Source of the DNA: an uncultured Planctomycetota bacterium
GTDB lineage: Bacteria; Planctomycetota; Planctomycetia; Isosphaerales; Isosphaeraceae
DNA length: 64,000 nt
Direction: 5' to 3'
Assembly (NCBI GenBank): GCA_963845755.1
Contig: CAWJTV010000033.1
Coordinates: forward strand, 128,001 to 192,000
Shown here: positions 9,107 through 18,300 of the stretch, in pieces
Numbering within the stretch: the stretch's first letter is position 1
Layout: the number at the start of each line of letters is the position of its first letter
Position numbers and translations under genes: made by a program
The notes under the pieces: generated by a model
Database searches by the model: none
Told to the model about the DNA's origin: nothing
Seen by the model: only the letters and a program-made list of their open reading frames with translations

Positions 9107-12100
9107 TCACGGCTCGTGGTCGTCGAGATGGGCCTCGAGGACCTTGGCAATTCGGTGGCGGCACTCCTCGAGGTGTGCCCGGCTGGTGTCGTCGATCGTC
9201 AGGTTGGTGGTCTCGAGGACCTTGCCGATCCGGCTGGCGATCTCCTTGAGGTGAAGGCGGGCGAGGGCTCGAGCGTCCGCCGGGACCCCCGCGGCGCCAC
9301 CGCGGATGAATACCACGTAGGTGAACTGGTCGGCGGCCGATGCGCCGTTATTGCCGAGGATCATGGTGCTGAGCCGGCGCAGGTACTCGCGTTGGAGGTT
9401 GCGGCGGATGGTAGACAGGGCCGCCTTCGCCGCCTTGTCCTCCTTGGGACCGCCGAGATGATCGAGGTCCGACCAGACGCCGTCGGTCATCGCCCGGAAG
9501 ACCTCCTCCATGCGGAGCGGGTCGGTGCCGGGATTGGCCTGGAGTTGCTGGTTCTGGAGTCGGGCCAGGGTCCGGCCGGACAGGCAGCGGCTCAGGACGA
9601 TCTTCTGAATGCCGAGGATCTTCTCGAGCACCGAGATATCCATGCTGGGCCCGGAGAAGCCGCTGGAACCCCAGTGCATCCAGCGTTCGGTCCCGAGGCG
9701 GCGGAGCAGAGCGGGGGAGAACTGGAACGAACCATCGCTGAGGATCGCATCGACCAGGAACTTGAGGCAATCGCGCTGCTTGGCCCCGGGCACGGGGACG
9801 ATCGGGTCGTGAGCGTCCTTATCGGCCTTGTGGTCGCGCGAGACCGACTGGCCGCCGATATGCTCAGAGGCCAGCGTCGCACCGTCACCCCACTGTTGCA
9901 GAAGAATACTGAAGGCGCGGCGGGTCCGCGCCCAGGAGTCGCCGTCCTTGACCACCCGCTCGTCGAGATCCTTCAACAGCTCGATGGCCATGGCGATCCG
10001 CTGCTTGCCGAACTCGCAGGGGTCTGACCCGAGATCCCAGCGGTTGACATACGGGTCGTCGTTGAGCATGGCGTCTTCATCGGTCGCGTAGACCAGATCG
10101 CTCTCGGGCGCCTGCGCGGCGATCTTCTTCAACTCGGACGCCTCATCCCCCATCAAGGGCTTGTAGGCGTACTCGATCGCCCAGTAGTCGTACGGGCCGA
10201 TCGTGGTCGAGTAATAATCACCCTGCTTCTTCCCCTTGGGCGCGATGTTGATCGGACTATAGTCCATTACACTGCCGACTAGTCCTTTGACGTGCGTGAT
10301 CGACGTGTCGTTGAGCTGATCGCTCTTCAACATCGTGCTGGCCTTAAAGTTGTGACGCAAGCCCAGCGAGTGCCCCACTTCGTGCATCACGATATGCTTG
10401 ATCGCCTGGCCGACGAACTCCTCGGGCAGTTCGTCCTTGGGCTGGGGCTTCTTCGCGCTGGACTTACCCTTCCCCTGATCCTTGGGCGGTGCGATGGTCT
10501 CCAGAGCGACCTCTGCCGCATCCAACTTGAAGGCATCGTTGCCTTGCTTCTCGAGAACAGACTTGTCTTTCGACTCGTCGGAATCCACGGGCGTCAATGG
10601 CGGGCGTGTTTGGACATTCCGCTCCCCATCCGCCATGGCGATGGCGGCCAGGGCGAAGTCGCGCTGGATGCCGGTCTGGAACTGGCATTCGCCCCGCGTT
10701 CCCCGGGCCACATTCCGGGCCAGGTCCCAGGCGAGGAAGTTCTGATCGGCGGGGACGACCTCCGGATGCATCCGATTGGGATTGTGATCGAGCGCGTCGA
10801 TTCCGAGGAGAGAGCCGGCCGTCGGCTGCCCGTAGCCCATCTTGGCTGCCAGAATGGGGCTGATCACTTCACCGAGGGCCAGGGGGGCCGTGGGCTCCCG
10901 GCCACTCGTGGCCGTTTGGCTGCCGATCAGGAGGGCGTATTGCTGTTTCCACGAGCGGATGAAGTCGGCATCGAACACCACATCGCCGTCGATCATCTCG
11001 CCGGTCATGGGGTTGGCACGCAGGCAGGACATGGCGCCGCCCATCTCGCCGGTGACCCAGCGGAACGTGCAATAATTCGTGTCTTCCGGATCGAAATCGT
11101 CCCGTCCCTGCTCCTCCCAGCGGACGGCGATCGCGTCTCGGAAGCCGATCCGTTCGAACGCCTTGTTCCATTCGCGAATCCCTTCCTCGACGTACGGGCG
11201 GTACTCGATCGGCACGGTGTCCTCGACGTACCAGACGATCTGCTTCCTCGGCGGCGAGAGCTTGGCTCCGGGGTTGGCCTTTTCCAACCGCCAGCGGTTG
11301 ATCATCCGGACGAAATTGGAATCCGCATCCGCGACATCGAAATCCTTGGTCGCGCTCAAGAAGTGGCCGACGCGATCGTCCGCCATCCGAGGGTGATAAC
11401 CGAACCCCGGGGCCCGAATCAGGCTGTAATGCATGACAATCGTGATGCCCCGGTGGTCCACCACAGGATCGTTCTGGCCCGACATGAACCGCCGGCCGCC
11501 GCTGAAGGTGGTCTCGACCTCCAGTTCCAGGTTGTTCGGAAATCCCTTGGCCTTGACCCAGCTACAGCGGCTGCGGTCCACCATGCCCAGCCCGAGCTGA
11601 GCGAAATCGGTCATGAAGATGTCGGAGAGATCGATCAGGACCGCACCCCCGCGCATCATGTTCACGGAGGCGATCGGCAGCGCCATCAGGACCGAGTCGG
11701 TGTAGTTCTGCTGGACCGACTTCCCCAGCGGCGTGCCATCCGCGGCCTTGAAGTGGATGTTCCGTCGGACGACCTGGATCCGGTCGTTGACGCGCCGGAA
11801 GATCAGGACCATCTCGTCGTCCCGGCCGATCGGAAAGCCCGTCATGCCCATGCCGTGCGCGATCGTGATGGGGACGAGGAGCGGCTGGTTGAGCTGATGG
11901 GGCAGGAACTCTGCGTAGAGATGCTCACCCTTCCGGTAGAGTGTGAACAACCCTTCGATCCTCTCGGCTCCACGGGTCACTTCATTGAAGTCACGGCCCG
12001 GCCCCATGGCGGCTCGCGGCCCTCCCCGCGCACCCGCGATGACCCCTTCGAAATCAATCGGTCTCGACTCCTGAGCAGCCAGGTCCGAGGCCATGAGGCC

Positions 12101-12145
12101 CACGGTCAGGGCCGCGGCCCATCCCACACCGATGACGCGACTCAT
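9107..12145 (-). CDS. Zinc-dependent metalloprotease (EcxA/Met-zincin, DUF5117/DUF4953-type), secreted
   Basis: 1012 aa with a signal peptide, PRMADDRVGHF, HEVGHSLGLRHNF zinc motif, GSVMDY Met-turn and IGPYDYWAIEYAY. Confidence 0.92.
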   Translation of the reverse strand: MSRVIGVGWAAALTVGLMASDLAAQESRPIDFEGVIAGARGGPRAAMGPGRDFNEVTRGAERIEGLFTLYRKGEHLYAEFLPHQLNQPLLVPITIAHGMGMTGFPIGRDDEMVLIFRRVNDRIQVVRRNIHFKAADGTPLGKSVQQNYTDSVLMALPIASVNMMRGGAVLIDLSDIFMTDFAQLGLGMVDRSRCSWVKAKGFPNNLELEVETTFSGGRRFMSGQNDPVVDHRGITIVMHYSLIRAPGFGYHPRMADDRVGHFLSATKDFDVADADSNFVRMINRWRLEKANPGAKLSPPRKQIVWYVEDTVPIEYRPYVEEGIREWNKAFERIGFRDAIAVRWEEQGRDDFDPEDTNYCTFRWVTGEMGGAMSCLRANPMTGEMIDGDVVFDADFIRSWKQQYALLIGSQTATSGREPTAPLALGEVISPILAAKMGYGQPTAGSLLGIDALDHNPNRMHPEVVPADQNFLAWDLARNVARGTRGECQFQTGIQRDFALAAIAMADGERNVQTRPPLTPVDSDESKDKSVLEKQGNDAFKLDAAEVALETIAPPKDQGKGKSSAKKPQPKDELPEEFVGQAIKHIVMHEVGHSLGLRHNFKASTMLKSDQLNDTSITHVKGLVGSVMDYSPINIAPKGKKQGDYYSTTIGPYDYWAIEYAYKPLMGDEASELKKIAAQAPESDLVYATDEDAMLNDDPYVNRWDLGSDPCEFGKQRIAMAIELLKDLDERVVKDGDSWARTRRAFSILLQQWGDGATLASEHIGGQSVSRDHKADKDAHDPIVPVPGAKQRDCLKFLVDAILSDGSFQFSPALLRRLGTERWMHWGSSGFSGPSMDISVLEKILGIQKIVLSRCLSGRTLARLQNQQLQANPGTDPLRMEEVFRAMTDGVWSDLDHLGGPKEDKAAKAALSTIRRNLQREYLRRLSTMILGNNGASAADQFTYVVFIRGGAAGVPADARALARLHLKEIASRIGKVLETTNLTIDDTSRAHLEECRHRIAKVLEAHLDDHEP

Positions 12146-13479
12146 GAAGCTCTCCTCGAAGGTGGTGACGATCTGATGCTGAACGGCGACCGCCGTGGAT
12201 TCGATTTGCCTGGTACCCGGGACGCGCAGCGTGTCTCGGAAAGGATGGCCAGCGTCGCTCGATCCGCTGCCTCAGACTTCTCCCAGCTTGCCGATCCCGC
12301 ATTCCTCTTTATCTTGACGAATGAATTCCGCAGTGGCAAGCGGGGCCTGGGACATTGGTCGTCGGATCTCGGCCGTCCCCAGGCCATCGCGGTCGGTCCT
12401 CCACCCGCTCCGACTCGGCCTTCGTCGCATCCGTTCCCGATCCTCGACCCGTGTCGCCGGCGGGCTCGGCCCTTTTTTCGAGAGTCCTGGGCGAACACCA
12501 CTCCGTGATGGAGGTGGTGCGCTGTCTGGCTCCGAGAACCCGAGTGGTCATCGGCGACGTCCCAGGCGACAGCGCGCGCTCGGCTCGTTGGTCGCCGAGG
12601 GGGTGGCGCCGACCGCGGATCGTGACGCAGGTTGGCACGGATGGGCAGTGATTTGCCAGGCCGCCCTCGCCGATCTCGCTGGCCCGAAACGAGTTCGGGA
12701 TGAGTGCGTCCCGGCGCGGTCCGGGCCGGTTATTGACCCGGGCATTCGGAAGGCGGATCGTTGAGGTTTGTCCACTGGATCGGTCTCGGAAGGCCAATGA
12801 CGGCGCTCGGAAGTGTGCAGCATCGCGCTCTATTTAATAGGATGCCTCAACTTCGGAAAACCGTTAATGCACCTAGTCCCGAAATCGGGGATTTAGACTT
12901 CCGAACTCTCAATCGCGGCAGGGGTTACGAAAAATCGAAAAAAATTTTTTGATGGTGGATTGCGCACCGCCATACTGCGCACAAATGTATCGGACGTCGA
13001 GACCGGAAAGACCCCACCGACGAACTCACGTCCTCTCCCATCCCGCCGCCACGATCGGCGCGGAGATCGGTGAGGGTCGGCGAGGGTCTTGATCGGTTCC
13101 CGTCTCGCGAACGCGCTGTGATCGGCGATGGCACGATGCGCGTTGCGCCACGGCGACCCGAAGGGCGAGAGGGATCCATTTTTCGCGAGTTATGAGACGC
13201 ATGTCCACATGGAATTTGACGCGACGGACGAACAGGATCAGCGATCTTCTCTGACTCATCCGCACTGGTGTGGGAAGATTTTGATTTGCCTGCGCCCTCG
13301 CCCCACGATCGGCCCAAAAGAGGCCCGAGTCGGCTCGCCGCCGGGCGTTTCGCCAAGACCGAGACGTACGGCGAGGCTGGCCTCATCGACTACGGGTTGG
13401 AGGCGCTGGGATTGGCATCGGATCGGAATCGCTGATTGTGGAACTCGTGAAAGACCTCCACCAGCGGGCCTCCTCCGCG

Positions 13480-13795
13480 CTTGATGGCGCCCTGGCGCAT
13501 CGAGCTGGCTCATGGCCTTGCGAACGGTGATCACCACGAGCAATCGCCAGAGATCATCGCGATCGGCGAGCCGGGGGAACCGGCTCTCGGCGGCGCCGCC
13601 GCAGAAGGAGTTGAAGGCGCTCTGCGCGGCGTCCTCCGCGTCTTCGGCCGCGCCGGCCCGGGCCCGGAGCCGCTCGCGCGCCAGGCGGACCAGCCGGTCG
13701 AAACAGCGCTCCCACAGATGCTGGGACGCGGCGTCGCCGCCCGACTTCAGGTCGCCGATCCAGCACGTGACCGACCCCTCGCACATCATGGTCAT
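13480..13795 (-). pseudogene. Truncated planctomycete-type ECF sigma factor (region 2 only)
   Basis: GSVTCWIGDLKSGG-DAASQHLWERCFDRLVRLAR...DAEDAAQSAFNSF...FPRLADRDDLWRLLVVITVRKA. No region-4 HTH was found in the downstream frames. Confidence 0.7.
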
Positions 13796-14214
13796 GATTG
13801 CCCTTCGCGGCGGACGTGGTGCGGTTCCCTCGCGACTCACCGATAGTACGGCGTAGAGCTTCCCTGTGACATGCATATTCTAATCCGACTTTGGCGTAAG
13901 GCGTCAAGGACCAAGTCGTGCGGCGGGCATTCGCCCGGCCGCGAATGCTCTCGATTCCGGTTCGAACGGGAACCCACCGAGAAGGGGAGGACTTCGGATC
14001 ACATTTCTTTTTCGCAACTATATCCCGATTTGCGGCCCATTTCGGATGAAGAGGGAGAGGGCGATCGGGAATGGCGGGCGAGGATCCTTAGAACGACGGG
14101 AGATCGCCGGAGTCCGGAGGATCTTCCCTGCGTCCGGAGCGGCCACATCGCAGGTTGGCTGAGGTCGGGCAACGGGTGGATTCCTGGGCCGCGATTCCAG
14201 GCCGGCCGAGGCTG

Positions 14215-14235
14215 GTGAAAGATCCCGGCAATTCT
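14215..14235 (+). promoter_or_regulatory. 21-bp motif, copy 1, upstream of the PEP-CTERM-like gene
   Basis: gtgaaagatcccggcaattct; 20/21 identical to 15170-15190. Confidence 0.6.
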
Positions 14236-14382
14236 CTTGATGTCGCCTCTCGGAAGAACCCTGTTCGATCGTCTCCCGAGCGGCCCGGTTCGTTGACCGC
14301 CCATTGTCGGGGCGAGTTCGTCGGGTCATGCCTGACCTGACGTTCCAACTTCTTCGCAACCTCAGAACTTCGGAGGACGCCC

Positions 14383-15112
14383 ATGCGCCGGATGACTTCG
14401 ACTCACCTCCTAGGGATCGTCTGCGCGACTGGCCTCTTGCTCCTGGGACCGGCTCGGCCCAGTTTCGGCGGGGGCCTGCTCAACTTTCAGTTCGATCCCA
14501 ATGGACCGGCCGGCCTCACGATCAATGGCGGCTTGAGTTATGACGCTTCCACCGGTGAATTCAGTGGCACGTCGGTTCCTCTCACACTCAGCTCATCGAC
14601 GATACCCGGAGGCGCCGGTTTCGTGCGTTTCTCCGGCGATCCTCAGCTCTCCTTCGACCTGTTCGTTAACCAGGATGGGACGTTCGCGGGTAACGGCGCC
14701 GGGTTCGACTTGACCGGAACCTTGTCGATCGGCGGTACCAACATCTCCGGGACACTGCTCACCGGAGACTTCACGGCGTTCGGGGCGGAGCCCGCGGGAC
14801 CGCCGACGTGGGTGGCCAACGCGGCTCTTTGATACCACCGGGGGATTGCTGACCCAATCCAATCCCTTGGCCGACGGGACCACATTTCCCACTCAGTTCC
14901 CCATCGGAGGACCCCCGGTCGGGATCGACTTCCTCGCCGAACATGTCAGCAGCGGGACTCTCGGTGATTTCACCCATAACTTCAGCGATGATTTCAAGAC
15001 CATTTTCAACCCGACCACGATCGCTGAGCCCGCGAGTTGGGCCCTCGGGATGATCGCCATCGTCATCCTCAGTGGCTTCGGTTTCATCTCGAAACGGGGC
15101 ACCCGCCGCTGA
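14383..15112 (+). CDS. PEP-CTERM-like surface protein, frameshifted near 14830
   Basis: GGAGG RBS and signal peptide; beta-rich domain; C-terminus IAEPASWALGMIAIVILSGFGFISKRGTRR (xEP, TM, basic tail). The frames join at gct ctt tga / ctc ttt gat. Confidence 0.8.
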
Positions 15113-15169
15113 TATCGCCCTCATGGTGGCAAGTCGGAGGGGCGGGAGTTGAACGACTTCACGGAGATC

Positions 15170-15190
15170 GTGAAAGATCCCGACAATTCT
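15170..15190 (+). promoter_or_regulatory. 21-bp motif, copy 2, upstream of the RHS gene
   Basis: gtgaaagatcccgacaattct. Confidence 0.6.
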
Positions 15191-15300
15191 TCGTTTAATG
15201 CGGACGAGCCGGTTCCATCGGTAGGCCCGTCTCCAAGGATCCCATTGCGCACCGAGACCAAGCCCCACATCGCTCCAGGCTTTGCAAGAAGGAGACATCC

Positions 15301-18300
15301 ATGCGTATCACATCGCTTTGCTCAATCTTCCGCAGTGGACTTGCATCTCGGGAACTGAAAGCGCTCTCAGCGGTCCCGATCGAGGCGCAAGCGATTGCAC
15401 CTGTTCGTCGATCGGCTGGAAGACTACGCTCCCCCGAATGTTTTGGCTCCGGGCTCGCTCTCGATTGGAGTGGAACTCGGGACGAAGGCGATGGCGGCCG
15501 GAGCTCTCGCTTCGGCGGTCGCCGACTCGGTGGGGGATCGCGAGTATCGCGAGGTCGCGGCGAAGCGACTAGCCCATGTCGAGGGGCCGTTTGCGGCGAT
15601 GGCCCACAGGACGAAATGGCATGGTCATAGCTCTGCGACGAGCCACGCTCGACCATCGACCGGCGCAGGTCGACGGAATGCGGTCGTCCGGTTCCTCCCA
15701 CAGGATCCGTTTACGCAGACCCTCGGAGGGTCGTTCCGAGGAGTCTCTTCGATTCACCCACAAAGCTCCTCTCAACTTGAACAGCGGATCGGGCCCGATG
15801 GCGGGCCGTGGGTCCCTGGCTTCGTCGTCGGCGACGTCGCCGATTACGAGCCAGCGGACCCCGGCTGCGACAGCCCCGAATCCCGGGCTCAATTCTTCGA
15901 CCGCTTTCGCCGGGGCCATCGGAGCCCTCTCGGCGCCGGTCAACTCGGCCCTCGCCGGCGCGGGATTGCCGTCGAACGCTTCGGGCAACGGCCAGGCTGG
16001 AGGAGCCGGCATGCCGGGCGCTGCCGGAACCGGCTTACCCTCCCCTTCGCCGGTGGCGCCGGTCGCGCTTCCGACCCCACCTGCGAGCAATCCCGAGTCA
16101 GGCGGACCGGCTGGGGGTGGGCTGCCGTCGACCGACGGTGGCGGGCTGACCCCATTAACCGGCGGTGGGGGGGCAGGCGGTGGTTTCGGTGGAAACAATG
16201 GCCTGCTGAATATCGCGCAGGATTCGGTGGGGCCCGATATCGCCTCCGGCGCAAACACCGACATCTCCTACACCCAGGTCGGCAACAATGCCAATCCGTT
16301 CCAGTACAGTGCCATCCCTCTCGAAATCACACTGGGAGACGGCTCGACGTATCCGATCAACGACCCTTCAGCCGGCGGGACGGCCACGACGAGTTTGAAC
16401 GTGCTCCTGGACAATACGGGGCACTACTCCCAGTTCATGGCGGGCGACGGCCTGAGCGTGACTGGCTCGGTCACCATCAACGGCACCACGTTCGACGGCA
16501 CATTGGTCACGGCCCAGGTCCAGGTCTTCAGCTTCTCCCAGCCGCATCCGGCCGACACGGAGTTCGCCGTTCAACTCATCGTCACTGGCGGCCTGCTGGC
16601 CCAGCAACCGGCCGGCCAACTCCAGGTCGGCGGCGAGATCAACCTCTTGATCCACCAGCCTGGATTGACGATTAGTCGGTTCCCGCAGACCTTCTCTCTC
16701 GACTATGGCCCGGCGACCTCGGATCTCAAAGGCAATGGCGGCTCAACGGGCCAGCAAGATCCTCCTTGCCCGAGCTGCTCCGGTAGCCACAGCGTCTATC
16801 TTTTTGACGGCTCGTACCAGTACACGGTTACCGACCTGTCCATCCCCGGCCGGGGAATCGACTGGACATTCGAGCGCACCTATCGCAGCGACGTCTCCGA
16901 GACCGGTCCACTGGGTCACAACTGGGATTTCAACTACGACCGGCGCGCTCGTCGAGGTGACCGCGCAGAACCTGGCGGAGATCCAGGTCTTCTCGCCCAC
17001 GGCGAAGGTGGGCGATGTCCTCGAGCAGAACGGGCTCGAACGCACGGACCTCTACGTCCTCAATCCGGACGGCTCTTACACCGCGCCGACCGGCTACTTC
17101 ACCCAACTGGTCCATCATTCCGACGGCTCTTTCACCGAGCGGGACGCGACCGGAAACGTGGTCAACTACGGCGCACCGGCCACCGATGGCACCGCGCTGA
17201 TGACCAGCATGGCCGACCCCAACGGCGACACGATGCAATTTCAATATAATAATATGAACCAGCTCGTACGCGTGCTCGATACCCTCGGTGAACCGATCAA
17301 TTACATCTATGATACCAATCCCAACTCGGTTTCGGATGGACTCCTAATCGCGGTGCAGGACTTCACCGGCCGCACGCTCTCGTTCCACTACGACGCCGCG
17401 GGAGACCTGGTGGGCGTGACCTCCCGCCGTGACCGGCACGCCTACCGGCAACGACTTCCCCCAGGGGAAGACTGAAGCCTATACCTACTCGTCCGGCTTC
17501 AGCGACGACAATCTCAATCATAACCTGCTGACGATGACGGCGCCCGACGAGGTCGCCGACGGCGGCTCGCCGCGCATCTCGCTGACTTACGGCACCAATC
17601 CGAGTCTCCCCACCTACGACCGTGTGACCAGCCAGATGGAAGGGGGGACGAACGCGAATGGAGTCCCATCCGGCGGGACGATGACCTACCAGTACCAGGT
17701 CCTGGGGACCGCAGCGCCCCGGCGATTTCGCCACTCCCGTCTTCCAGACCATCGTCACCGACGGCGACGGCAATGTGGATCTCTACCAGTTCAACCAGTT
17801 GGGTAACACCGTTGAGTACCAGGTCTTCAACAACCGCAACGTCCGGCCCAGCGATCCGGCCTCGTACACCACGGTTTACCAGTACAACAAGGATTACCTC
17901 CGGCTCAGCGGGACGGATCCCGACGGCAATTCGGTTCAATATGTCTACGATTCCAGCAACCCGGATCGGCTCCTTCAAGGTAATCTGCTCGCGGAGATCC
18001 AGCACGCCGACCCCGCGCGGGGCGGCGACCAGTCAACCATCGAAACGACCTACACCTACGAGCCGTTCTACGACGAAATCCACACGATGACCGAAGCTCG
18101 AGGCAACGATCCCAACTACGTGCCTCCCAATGGCGGATCCAACTCCGCGGCCCGCTACACCACCGTCTACACCTACGACTACCAGGAGGGGACCAACTTC
18201 GCCGGCCTGGGCCAGGTGCTCGGAATCACTGCCACCCAGGCGCAGCTACTCCTCGCCCAGGCGGGCATCCCGATGGGTCTCGGTGACGTCAACGGCGATG

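Noticed and set aside
10292..12508. 738-aa + strand ORF and similar long ORFs (717-2210, 6673-8310, 27501-28853, 30848-32422, 43432-45495, 48036-49727)
   Set aside because: Antisense shadows of well-supported genes, expected in high-GC DNA, with no recognisable motifs.
12830..12990. AT-rich patch with an A7T6 palindrome and tgcgcac repeats
   Set aside because: Probably promoter DNA, but no specific motif or target gene could be assigned.
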